Both the position numbers and the translations under genes were made by a program. 64,000 nt of DNA, from positions 6,884 through 70,883 of the forward strand of contig CAZAIU010000006.1 of NCBI GenBank assembly GCA_964485265.1, read 5' to 3'. The stretch comes from an uncultured Oscillospiraceae bacterium (GTDB taxonomy: Bacteria; Bacillota; Clostridia; Oscillospirales; Oscillospiraceae). Below are positions 19,412-30,083 of this stretch, in pieces; the stretch's first letter is position 1; every line of letters starts with the position of its first letter. The notes beneath the pieces are model-generated. The model worked only from the letters and a program-made list of their open reading frames with translations. It was not told where the DNA came from and did no database searches.

Positions 19412-20662
19412 ATGAACTTAACAGAAATATCTTCCAAGGTTCGTACCCTTGCAAAGGAAACGGAAATTGAGCTTCGGGACACATTTGCTAAAATAGACGA
19501 AATTTCAGAGGAATGCACTCTCAAGGTAATGTCTGCATTTCAGGAATTTCGAGTTTCCGAAGCCTGCTTTGCCGGTACAACTGGCTATGGCTATGACGAT
19601 TTAGGCAGAGACACACTGGACAAAATATATGCCCGTGTCTTTGATACTCAAGGGGCTATGGTACGCATCGGCTTTGTCAACGGCACACACGCACTGGGAA
19701 CAGCGCTGTTTGCTGTGTGCAAGCCGGGTCAAACGCTGCTTTCCGTTACCGGCGCACCCTACGACACGCTTCAGCGCACCATAGGAACCGCCGGAGACGG
19801 AGACGGCTCCCTTAAATTTTATGGTGTCGGCTACGAGCAGGTGGATTTGCTGCCTAACGGCGAGCCTGATTATGAGGGCATTGCAGTTGCCGCTTCAGAC
19901 AAAAAGGTCGGTGCTGTGCTTATTCAGCGCTCAAGGGGCTACGGCAACCGCCGCGCCCTGAGTATTGACGATATCCAGCAGATTATCAAGGCTGTGCGTT
20001 CAGTGAACAGCAGCGCAAACATAATGGTGGACAATTGCTACGGCGAGTTTACCGAAACTCGCGAGCCTACAGCAGTTGGCGCTGACCTTATGGCAGGCAG
20101 CCTTATTAAAAACCCCGGCGGCGGTCTTGCCCCCACAGGAGCATATATTGCCGGACGGGCTGATTTAGTGGAGCGTGCCGCTATCCGCATGACCGTTCCC
20201 GGCATCGGCGGCGAGTGCGGCTGCACCATGGGTCAAAACCGCTTGCTGTTCCAAGGCTTTTTCATGGCTCCTCACATTACAGCGCAGGCGCTTAAAACCG
20301 CTGCCTTCTGCGCAGGAATGATGGAGCGTTTGGGCTACAAGACCTCACCCGCCGCGACGGAGTCCCGCCACGACATAATCCAGATGATAGAGTTTGGCAC
20401 TGGCAACGCACTATGCAAATTCTGTGCGGGAATTCAGCACGGCGCTCCGGTTGACAGCTACGTTACACCTGTTCCATGGGCTATGCCCGGATATTCCGAT
20501 GAGGTGGTTATGGCAGCAGGCGCGTTCATTCAAGGCTCTTCCATTGAGCTTTCCTGTGACGGTCCCATGCGTGAGCCATATCTGGGCTACATGCAGGGCG
20601 GCTTGACTTACGAAAGCGGAAAGCTCGGCGTAATGCTTGCATGTGAGGAGCTTATAAAATAG
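19412..20662 (+). CDS. Methionine gamma-lyase family protein (YnbB / aluminium-resistance-protein family)
   Basis: 416 aa (...FAGTTGYGYDDLGRDTLDKIYA...SLIKNPGGGLAPTGAYIAG...). Confidence 0.7.
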   Translation: MNLTEISSKVRTLAKETEIELRDTFAKIDEISEECTLKVMSAFQEFRVSEACFAGTTGYGYDDLGRDTLDKIYARVFDTQGAMVRIGFVNGTHALGTALFAVCKPGQTLLSVTGAPYDTLQRTIGTAGDGDGSLKFYGVGYEQVDLLPNGEPDYEGIAVAASDKKVGAVLIQRSRGYGNRRALSIDDIQQIIKAVRSVNSSANIMVDNCYGEFTETREPTAVGADLMAGSLIKNPGGGLAPTGAYIAGRADLVERAAIRMTVPGIGGECGCTMGQNRLLFQGFFMAPHITAQALKTAAFCAGMMERLGYKTSPAATESRHDIIQMIEFGTGNALCKFCAGIQHGAPVDSYVTPVPWAMPGYSDEVVMAAGAFIQGSSIELSCDGPMREPYLGYMQGGLTYESGKLGVMLACEELIK

Positions 20663-20807
20663 TAGCAGCTCTAAAGCACTCATAGCGTCCAAAATACTTA
20701 TTCTGTAAGCTGAAGTAATTCTATTTCCACCGCTCTCAGCATAGCATGGCATAAGGTAAGGATAGTGAAGCATACAGCGGCTATCACTGCCTCAAGGGGG
20801 TATCCTT

Positions 20808-21503
20808 ATGCCAGTTAGAAGAGTAAGACCTATCCTTCGCCGCAGACGTTTCAGACGTCACGGTTCAATTCCCATAGCGCCGGAAAAAAAGCTTGCGCTG
20901 GTACTGCTGCTTGTAATAATCCTTATTGGCTCAGCAATTGTGCCTGCCTCCGCTTTCCTGAAGCGGGTATCAGGTGAAATTGCACTGTCTGATGCAACAG
21001 ATATGGTGACCGCCACAATAAATGACAAGATAAATGAAAAAATGAGCGAGGGGCAATATTCCTACGACTATTTTGTAACCCTCCAAAAGGATAAAGAGGG
21101 CAATGTGACCGCAATTTCAGCAAACATGGCGCGGATAAACACACTGTCCTCTGAGATATTAAGAGAGGTTATCGCAGCCACAAACAGCGGTGAGCTTGAC
21201 CTGAAAATTCCCATTGGCAACCTTATCGGCTCAAACCTTTTTCTTGGTCGAGGCCCTGATGTGCCCGTGAAAATAATCATGCTCACCAGCTCTTATGCTG
21301 ATTTTAGAAATGAGCTTGCAGCAGCCGGAATAAACCAGACAAAGCACCAAATAATCCTTGAGGTCAAGGTTCAGATTGATGTACTCTTGCCATGGGAGGT
21401 TCAATCAACCGAGGTAGTAAGTGAGGTTCTCATAGCTGAAACCATAATTGTAGGTAAGGTTCCCAACACGTATTTAAGTCTGGGAGAGGCAATCAAGCCT
21501 TAG
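20808..21503 (+). CDS. yunB: Sporulation protein YunB-like
   Basis: 231 aa with a basic N-terminus followed by a TM segment. The overall pattern resembles the YunB family as I remember it, with no alignment run. Confidence 0.55.
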   Translation: MPVRRVRPILRRRRFRRHGSIPIAPEKKLALVLLLVIILIGSAIVPASAFLKRVSGEIALSDATDMVTATINDKINEKMSEGQYSYDYFVTLQKDKEGNVTAISANMARINTLSSEILREVIAATNSGELDLKIPIGNLIGSNLFLGRGPDVPVKIIMLTSSYADFRNELAAAGINQTKHQIILEVKVQIDVLLPWEVQSTEVVSEVLIAETIIVGKVPNTYLSLGEAIKP

Positions 21504-21507
21504 ATAA

Positions 21508-23505
<1,998 letters not shown>

Positions 23506-23509
23506 ATTA

Positions 23510-23555
23510 TCCACAGCTCACACATACCCTGTGAGCTGTGGATTTATATTTTTTC
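23510..23555 (+). terminator. Intrinsic terminator after ligA
   Basis: CCACAGCTCAC-loop-GTGAGCTGTGG followed by ATTTATATTTTTT. Confidence 0.75.
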
Positions 23556-23592
23556 TTGTAATTGTCATTAAAAGTGGTATAATACTTTAGTT

Positions 23593-24963
23593 ATGAAGAT
23601 AAGAGAATTTTTGGCGATTTTCGCCTGTAAAATGTCAATTAAGCTACTGCGGCTGATGGGACGCGGAGGAACAGCAATCCCCGGCAAAATTGCGCTTAGA
23701 ATATGCCCTAACCTACTGGGGCATGTGGCAAAGAATGTCCGCTGTGTTGTGATAACCGGCACCAACGGAAAAACCACAAGTGCAAGAATGGTCGAGGAAA
23801 TCTTTGCAAGATCCGAAACCTCCTATTTTGCCAACCGCTCAGGTGCAAACCTTATTAACGGCATAACTGCCGAGTTTGTGGAGCACTCCACTCTTACGGG
23901 AAAGCCTAAATGCAAATTTGCTATTATAGAGTCTGATGAGGCCGCCTCAAAGGAAGTTTGCCGTTTTATCAGTCCCGAGGTTGTTTTGGTTACCAACGTT
24001 TTTCGTGACCAGCTTGACCGCTTCGGTGATGTTTCAAACACCTTGGAAAACATTCTGATAGGAATTAAAAACTCACCCAACGCAACTGTATGCCTCAATG
24101 CAGACTGCTCCCTGACAGCCTCTATATCCCTGCAAATTCCCAACAAGGTCATTTTTTACGGCGTAGATGTGCCAATTTATAAAAACCCTGTTGACGAGGT
24201 GTCGGATGCTTCTCATTGTCTGCGCTGCAAGCATGAATATGAATACAGCTATCACACCTTCGGTCATCTCGGCGGCTTCCGCTGTCCCGAATGCGGATAT
24301 GAGCGTCCTTTCCCCCAAATCTCCGTTACCGAAGTCATCAACACGGGCATAAGCTCTACAACGGTCTGTATGAATATATTCAGCGATAAAAATGAGGTTA
24401 CGATCAATCTGCCCGGCGGCTACAATATATATAACGCAGCAGGCGCTATGGCTGTTTCTGAGGCAATGAGCTTTGAGCGCGACAAGTCTAAGTCTGCAAT
24501 TGCAAGCTTTAGCTGCGGCTTTGGGCGTATGGAAGAGTTCGATATGGGCGGTCATACTGCGCGCATGATTTTGATTAAAAACCCCGCAGGCTGCAATCAG
24601 GTTTTAAACTATCTGACGAGCCTCACAGATAAAACCGTTTTTGTCTGCTGCCTTAACGACAATTCCGGCGACGGAACGGATATTTCATGGATTTGGGATG
24701 TAAATTTTGAAAAGCTCTGTGAAATGGACGAGCTTCTCGACAGCATATACATCTCCGGAATACGTTCTGCGGACATGGCACTGCGCCTAAAATATGCGGG
24801 GCTGGACACAGGCAAGCTTAAGATATATAGCGACTACGACGATTTGATAAAGGCAATGCGGGAGCAGCCGCTGCCTGTTATTGTAATGCCCACGTATTCT
24901 GCAATGATGGATTTGCGAGCAAAAATGAGCGACGCCTTCGGCGGAAAAGAATTTTGGGAATAG
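23593..24963 (+). CDS. murT: Mur-ligase-family lipid II isoglutaminyl synthase subunit MurT
   Basis: 456 aa with Walker-like ITGTNGKTT, an internal Cys4 ribbon (CLRC...CPEC) and a DUF1727-like C-terminus. It is followed by gatD. Confidence 0.8.
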   Translation: MKIREFLAIFACKMSIKLLRLMGRGGTAIPGKIALRICPNLLGHVAKNVRCVVITGTNGKTTSARMVEEIFARSETSYFANRSGANLINGITAEFVEHSTLTGKPKCKFAIIESDEAASKEVCRFISPEVVLVTNVFRDQLDRFGDVSNTLENILIGIKNSPNATVCLNADCSLTASISLQIPNKVIFYGVDVPIYKNPVDEVSDASHCLRCKHEYEYSYHTFGHLGGFRCPECGYERPFPQISVTEVINTGISSTTVCMNIFSDKNEVTINLPGGYNIYNAAGAMAVSEAMSFERDKSKSAIASFSCGFGRMEEFDMGGHTARMILIKNPAGCNQVLNYLTSLTDKTVFVCCLNDNSGDGTDISWIWDVNFEKLCEMDELLDSIYISGIRSADMALRLKYAGLDTGKLKIYSDYDDLIKAMREQPLPVIVMPTYSAMMDLRAKMSDAFGGKEFWE

Positions 24964-24974
24964 GAGTCAAAATT

Positions 24975-25703
24975 ATGAAGCTAAACATTTGTCACCTTTA
25001 CCCCGATGTTCTAAATCTATACGGAGACACGGGCAACATTCTTTGCATTAAGCGCCGTCTTCAGTGGCGGGGTATCGACTGCGAGATTACCCCTGTTCCC
25101 ATTGGAGTAACCGCAGACTTCACTCAATTTGATTTGTTCTTCATAGGCGGCGGTCAGGACTTTGAGCAGGAGGTTCTCTTAAACGACCTGCACAGCGGAA
25201 AGGCAAGGGAAATACTGTCAGCCGTTGAGGATGAAAAGGTATTTCTGTGCATTTGCGGCGGCTTTCAGATGATGGGTGAATATTACAAAACCCATGCAGG
25301 TGAGCAGTGCGATTTTATCGGTGCTCTCAAGCTGCATACAATTGGCTCAGAAACACGCATGATCGGAAACTATATGTACAAATGCACTGAAAACAGCGGT
25401 GCTAGCACCATAGTGGGCTTTGAAAATCACAGCGGCAAAACCTACCTTGACGACGGGCTTTCTCCCCTAGGAACTGTTTTAAGCGGTTTTGGAAACAACG
25501 GTGAGGACGGCACAGAGGGCGCTCGATATAAAAACGTGTTCGGCACCTACTGTCACGGTCCCTTGCTCCCGAAAAATCCGGAATTTGCCGATTACATTAT
25601 TAAAACCGCCCTACAGCGCCGTTTTCCCGATGCGGAGCTGGCGCCCTTGGACGATAATATGGAGCGGCATGCTCATGAATATATGGCAAACAGGCTTATT
25701 TGA
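24975..25703 (+). CDS. gatD: Glutamine amidotransferase GatD (CobQ/CobB-type), partner of MurT
   Basis: MKLNICHLYPDVLNLYGDTGN...CGGFQ...HG... The start was moved to the ATG at 24975, which follows AGGAG. Confidence 0.8.
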   Translation: MKLNICHLYPDVLNLYGDTGNILCIKRRLQWRGIDCEITPVPIGVTADFTQFDLFFIGGGQDFEQEVLLNDLHSGKAREILSAVEDEKVFLCICGGFQMMGEYYKTHAGEQCDFIGALKLHTIGSETRMIGNYMYKCTENSGASTIVGFENHSGKTYLDDGLSPLGTVLSGFGNNGEDGTEGARYKNVFGTYCHGPLLPKNPEFADYIIKTALQRRFPDAELAPLDDNMERHAHEYMANRLI

Positions 25704-25741
25704 CCGAAGCTTTTTAGCTCATCATACTTTCACTATTATTT

Positions 25742-25790
25742 AACAGCACGCGCACAGCCATCATATCGGCTCTGTGCGTGCTGTTTTTTT
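25742..25790 (+). terminator. Intrinsic terminator after gatD
   Basis: AACAGCACGCGCACAG-loop-CTGTGCGTGCTGTT followed by TTTTTT. Confidence 0.8.
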
Positions 25791-25976
25791 CTTTTTTTGT
25801 AACAATTTACGGTTAATTTGTTAGAATTTTATTAGAAAACGGGCATTTATAAAAAAATTACCTTGAGTTTGTTGAAATTAATGTGAATTTATATTATTAT
25901 TGGTAAAAATAAGTAGTTTTTTAAGAGAATTGTAATGTAAACCAGAAAACAATTGGGAAGTATTCTGAGGTAAATT

Positions 25977-26723
25977 ATGCGTATTTTTATATTAGATGAT
26001 GATTGCCGATTTGCTCAGATTGTAATGGACAAGCTTAAGTCTTACTTAAAAAGCATCGGCAAGGATGCCGCGATATCAGTTTTCAATTCTTACAATGAAC
26101 TTTTGCTATCTCTGTCACTTCAACCGGATATACTTTTTACTGACATTGAGCTGTCACCCAACGGTACAAACGGCATCTTTGCCGCGAAGGAAGTAAAGCG
26201 CCTCAATCCTGCCTGTCAGGTGATTTTCCTTACAAGCTATATTAACTACGCCTCAGATGTTTATGAAACAGAGCATTTCTGGTTTATTGTCAAGGATGAG
26301 CTTGAAAAGCGTCTCCCTGTAGTAATGGAACGTTATTTTCAATCTGTGGCAAGTAAAGTCCCCTCCGGCATCGTTGTATCCTACGGACATGAAAAGGTAA
26401 TTATCAGCCAGTCTGAAATAATCTACTGCGAAGTCAAGCAGCGTAAAATCAGCATAGTGTGTGAGGGCCACACAGAGTTTACGTACGAGCCTCTTTCTTC
26501 AATTCAAAGTGCCTTGGATGACAGAGCAATTCTTCGCTGTCATAACAGCTATGTTGTCAATTTAGAGCGCGTCACCAAGTTTCGTCCCAACGGATTTGAA
26601 ATGTCAAACGGTGATACGGTTCCCATCAGCCGCCGCTATAAGGACATTGCAAAACAGGCCTTTCTTTCCTATACGGTATCTGATATGGGCTTTAGCTCTT
26701 GCATGGAGGATGGCAGGCAATGA
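25977..26723 (+). CDS. LytTR-family response regulator (AgrA/ComE-like)
   Basis: 248 aa. The receiver domain reads MRIFILDDD...ILFTDIEL...IFLTSY. The C-terminal LytTR domain reads ...ILRCHNSYVVNLERV... Confidence 0.85.
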   Translation: MRIFILDDDCRFAQIVMDKLKSYLKSIGKDAAISVFNSYNELLLSLSLQPDILFTDIELSPNGTNGIFAAKEVKRLNPACQVIFLTSYINYASDVYETEHFWFIVKDELEKRLPVVMERYFQSVASKVPSGIVVSYGHEKVIISQSEIIYCEVKQRKISIVCEGHTEFTYEPLSSIQSALDDRAILRCHNSYVVNLERVTKFRPNGFEMSNGDTVPISRRYKDIAKQAFLSYTVSDMGFSSCMEDGRQ

Positions 26724-28063
26724 ACTGGTTGCAATTCACTACAGGTCAAATAAGCAGTATCCTTACTGAGCTGCTCATAGTTTTTGTTTTATTCAAGCAG
26801 CTCAAGCCGAAGGGCGGAAAGCTGTACTTATACTTACCCTATCTGTTTTTCTTTTTTTTGCAGCACGCATTGTGCTACATGTTTTGCAGATTCAGCAACG
26901 GCATCATAACACCCAATCCCATAGAAATGACGGCATGGCTTTGCAAAATGCTTTCGGTTTTCTTTTGTTTTGAAGGAAAGCCCGTTACTAATCTTTTCCG
27001 CTATCTGATGTATTGCTTTAGCCCCTTTTTTTCTGCAATAATACTTATTAGTGTTTTAACCCTGTTTAACCGAGGGGACAGTATTCTTTCCGTTGCAGCA
27101 ATGGATGAACTTTACTTTTGGATTGTACTTACCATACTTCATCTAACAATTATCCTATCTATGCTTTTGCTGATGAAAAAGCTTGCAAATCAATTATCCA
27201 CAAGTCCTGCACTGGTTTTGGTCAGTACGGCAATAATGCTTGCCCTTGATATACTAGCCTACTCGTTTGCCCCCTTGGTACCCGAATTAAGAATTGAGCT
27301 TCTGGATATCCGAAGACCAATATTCTCGTACATATTTTCAGCCCTGTTTCTTTCCATGATCATTGTTATGTCAGCCGTATTCAAGTCCATGTACGACCAT
27401 GAAAGGGCATGCAGAGCATCTCAATATAATGAGTTTCTCCAGCGTCAAATGCAGCTTCAATATGAGAGCTTCATGGAAATGGAGCGCTCCAGAGAGGATT
27501 TGCACAAGCTAAAGCACGATATTGCAAACCATATGATTTTGCTGCAAAGCATGATAGAAGATGATTCCAGCAATCAACGGGAATATGTCAGTTCCCTTAA
27601 AGCACAGTTTGCCGATGCAGGAAAGATAATTATTTGCCCAAATTTCATACTAAACGCTGTTCTTTCCAGAACAAAAGAAGCCTGTGACGAGCTTGGAATT
27701 TCTACGACCTTTCAGATTAACCTCCCCACACAGCTTGAGATACTTGACGTAGATCTCATGTGTGTATTTTCAAATCTATTGTCAAATGCCTTACAGGCCT
27801 GCGAAAAGGTTCCTGCCGGCAAACGTTTCATTAGATTTGCAGCAGTGCTGCGAGCGGACGCCTTGGCTGCCTTTATGGAAAACAGCTGCACAAAGGAATC
27901 GGCAGAATGCCTTTCAAGTACAGCCAAGCAGGACAAGCTTGAACACGGTTGGGGAACACGCATTATTAAAGATGTAACTGCAAAATATGACGGCAGCTTT
28001 AGCTTAAAATTTGATAAAAGCAAAGCAGTGTCAAAGGTTCTTATGATGAATAAAGCAAAATAG
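26720..28063 (+). CDS. AgrC-like (HPK10-type) membrane sensor histidine kinase
   Basis: The ATGA overlap with the response-regulator gene indicates coupling. The N-terminus contains multiple hydrophobic segments. The protein has an H-box (LHKLKHDIANHM), an N-box (FSNLLSNALQA) and a G-box-like GWGTRII. Confidence 0.75.
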   Translation: MNWLQFTTGQISSILTELLIVFVLFKQLKPKGGKLYLYLPYLFFFFLQHALCYMFCRFSNGIITPNPIEMTAWLCKMLSVFFCFEGKPVTNLFRYLMYCFSPFFSAIILISVLTLFNRGDSILSVAAMDELYFWIVLTILHLTIILSMLLLMKKLANQLSTSPALVLVSTAIMLALDILAYSFAPLVPELRIELLDIRRPIFSYIFSALFLSMIIVMSAVFKSMYDHERACRASQYNEFLQRQMQLQYESFMEMERSREDLHKLKHDIANHMILLQSMIEDDSSNQREYVSSLKAQFADAGKIIICPNFILNAVLSRTKEACDELGISTTFQINLPTQLEILDVDLMCVFSNLLSNALQACEKVPAGKRFIRFAAVLRADALAAFMENSCTKESAECLSSTAKQDKLEHGWGTRIIKDVTAKYDGSFSLKFDKSKAVSKVLMMNKAK

Positions 28064-28075
28064 CTTTTCAAATTC

Positions 28076-28114
28076 AGATGGCGGCATAGACAAAAAGTCT
28101 ATGCCGCCATCTTT
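28076..28114. terminator. Bidirectional terminator between the kinase and the convergent ABC operon
   Basis: AGATGGCGGCATAGAC-AAAAA-GTCTATGCCGCCATCT. Confidence 0.75.
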
Positions 28115-28116
28115 GC

Positions 28117-28731
28117 TTATTCTCTTTTTCCTTCATAGAGCTTAACCGCAGCTATCATTGAAATTGCACACAAAGCTGCTGTTATCAAAACAGCACCGAA
28201 AAGTATATTGGATAATTCAAGTCCGCCGGAGGGCGTCCAGTCGCTCAATTTACCACCCAGCATCACGCCTGCCGTAACAACTATAGCCACAAACGCGATG
28301 AAAACAATTCTTCCCTTTTCAACACCGATTTTTATCATGACCGGCAGGTTGATTGCTTCAAACACAAATGCCATGCAGGTTACCAGTAAAACTTGAGACA
28401 TGGAGCTTTTGGCCGCTGCTGCATCTGCAAATCCCCCTGTAACAGCGTCTGCTGCAAGCATCAGCAGAGCTGTTGCAATTATCATTGTAAATCCTAATAT
28501 GTATTTGCTCAAAACAATATCCTTTGCGGAATAGGGCATCATTGCTGCAAGCTTATCCCATTTTGAACGCTCATCATATGCGATAATTGTCATAGGCAGC
28601 ATAGCTGCATAAACAATTGCAAACGTTCCGGCGGAGAAATTCGGCAATATTATAAACATCACTATTAAAATCAAAAACAGCTTCATCTGCTTTAAAATGA
28701 CTAAAAAGTCCTTTGCTAAAAGCCCCTTCAT
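28117..28731 (-). CDS. ABC-2-type transporter permease
   Basis: 204 aa with about 6 hydrophobic segments. The TAATG overlap with the upstream ATPase gene indicates coupling. Confidence 0.6.
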   Translation of the reverse strand: MKGLLAKDFLVILKQMKLFLILIVMFIILPNFSAGTFAIVYAAMLPMTIIAYDERSKWDKLAAMMPYSAKDIVLSKYILGFTMIIATALLMLAADAVTGGFADAAAAKSSMSQVLLVTCMAFVFEAINLPVMIKIGVEKGRIVFIAFVAIVVTAGVMLGGKLSDWTPSGGLELSNILFGAVLITAALCAISMIAAVKLYEGKRE

Positions 28732-29579
28732 TATTTTTTCTCCTCCCTTGCAACAAAGAGAATTATATCTTCAATACTGGTGTGTTCGGTTACAAAGCCA
28801 GCAGAAGCAGCGCTCCGCTTAACAAGTGCCTCAACACCATAATCTGTCACCTTTTTGCCAATTACCGCTTCCGGCGGAACTGCCTCAAAGCTCTCATGAG
28901 ACATTCGTACTATACCGTACTCCTCCAGAAGTCTGTCCTTTTCATCACAAAAACGCAGTCTGCCTTTATGAACAAATGCTATGTAATCGCAGATTTTTTC
29001 AAGGTCACTTATTATGTGAGACGACAGAAGAACACTGTGACTCTCATCACGAGTAAACTCATTGAAGATATCTAATATTTCATCCCTAACCATAGGGTCA
29101 AGACCGCTTGTTGCTTCGTCTAAAATCAGCAGCTTCGGGTCGTGAGAAAGAGCTACCGCTATGGCAAGCTTCATTTTCATACCTCTTGAGTAGTCAGAAA
29201 ACTGCTTTTTCACTGGGAGAGAAAATCTCTCCAACAGTCCAAAATACTTTTCACTGCACCAGTTCTTATATGTACCGTACATTATTTTATCAACGTTTTT
29301 GGCATTCAGCGCTTCAGGAAAATATGCCTCATCAAGTACAACTCCAATTTCATTTTTCAAGTCCTTGAATTGCTTGCTCTGATTATCTGTCCCTAAAACC
29401 TTCACCGTGCCCTGATCACGCTTTATAGCGTTCATAATCAGCCTTATAGTAGTGCTTTTCCCCGCGCCGTTTTCACCTACAAGTCCCATAATAGAGCCTG
29501 TGGGTAAAACAAGGTTAATATTGTCCAGCTTAAAATCGGAATATGTTTTGCTCAGATTTTTGATTTCAATTGCATTCAT
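28731..29579 (-). CDS. ABC transporter ATP-binding protein
   Basis: Walker A (GENGAGKST), a signature-like YSRGMKMK and Walker B (LLILDEAT). Confidence 0.9.
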   Translation of the reverse strand: MNAIEIKNLSKTYSDFKLDNINLVLPTGSIMGLVGENGAGKSTTIRLIMNAIKRDQGTVKVLGTDNQSKQFKDLKNEIGVVLDEAYFPEALNAKNVDKIMYGTYKNWCSEKYFGLLERFSLPVKKQFSDYSRGMKMKLAIAVALSHDPKLLILDEATSGLDPMVRDEILDIFNEFTRDESHSVLLSSHIISDLEKICDYIAFVHKGRLRFCDEKDRLLEEYGIVRMSHESFEAVPPEAVIGKKVTDYGVEALVKRSAASAGFVTEHTSIEDIILFVAREEKK

Positions 29580-29960
29580 TTACTGTACCTCTCCTTGTAA
29601 AACCTTGAACATTTCAATAAGCTCGTCACCGTTCAAGCCGCAAGACGGCGCAAGCTCTATAATTTTCTGCATATGCTCCTCTATACGTTTCAGGTGTTCT
29701 TCCCTGATCACCTCAATATTTTTCTGAGCAACAAAGGAGCCCTTGCCAGCAACCGTATATATATATCCCGCGCGCTCAAGCTCGTCATATGCCCGTTTGG
29801 TGGTGATAACGCTTATTCTCAAGTCCTTTGCCAAATTTCGTATAGACGGCAAAATCTCCCCTTCAGACAGTCTTCCGGAAATGATGCTGCTTTTTATCTG
29901 CGAAAAAATCTGCTCATAAATCGGCTGACTGCTGGCATTGCTTATGATAATTTCCAACAC
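29580..29960 (-). CDS. GntR-family transcriptional regulator, short YtrA-like subfamily
   Basis: 126 aa with a winged HTH (...LPSIRNLAKDLRISVITTKRAYDELE...). It is the first gene of a GntR-ABC-permease operon. Confidence 0.85.
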   Translation of the reverse strand: MLEIIISNASSQPIYEQIFSQIKSSIISGRLSEGEILPSIRNLAKDLRISVITTKRAYDELERAGYIYTVAGKGSFVAQKNIEVIREEHLKRIEEHMQKIIELAPSCGLNGDELIEMFKVLQGEVQ

Positions 29961-29995
29961 TACCGCCTCGCATTCTGTTTATATTCAGTATGTAC

Positions 29996-30024
29996 AGTAT
30001 ACCCTCATAGCAACAGTTTGTCAA
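29996..30024 (-). promoter_or_regulatory. Sigma-A-type promoter of GntR-ABC module 1, with an adjoining direct repeat that may be an operator
   Basis: On the minus strand: TTGACA (30024-30019), a 17-nt spacer, then TATACT (30001-29996). ATACTG-TAC-ATACTG follows; on the plus strand this is CAGTAT at 29986 and 29995. Confidence 0.55.
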
Positions 30025-30028
30025 TAGC

Positions 30029-30073
30029 AAAAATACAAAGCTCCGCGGAAATTTCCGCAGAGCTTTGTATTTT
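30029..30073 (-). terminator. Intrinsic terminator after the CPBP protease gene
   Basis: On the minus strand: AAAATACAAAGCTCTGCGGAAATTTCCGCGGAGCTTTGTATTTTT. Confidence 0.8.
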
Positions 30074-30083
30074 GATCCATAAT

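Noticed and set aside
25704-25976. I searched for agrD/agrB-like genes, comC-like genes or double-glycine leader peptide genes next to the AgrC/LytTR pair, and also in 28064-28116.
   Set aside because: There is no ATG-initiated small ORF with a Shine-Dalgarno sequence. The only ATGs are followed immediately by stops (ATGTGA, ATGTAA).
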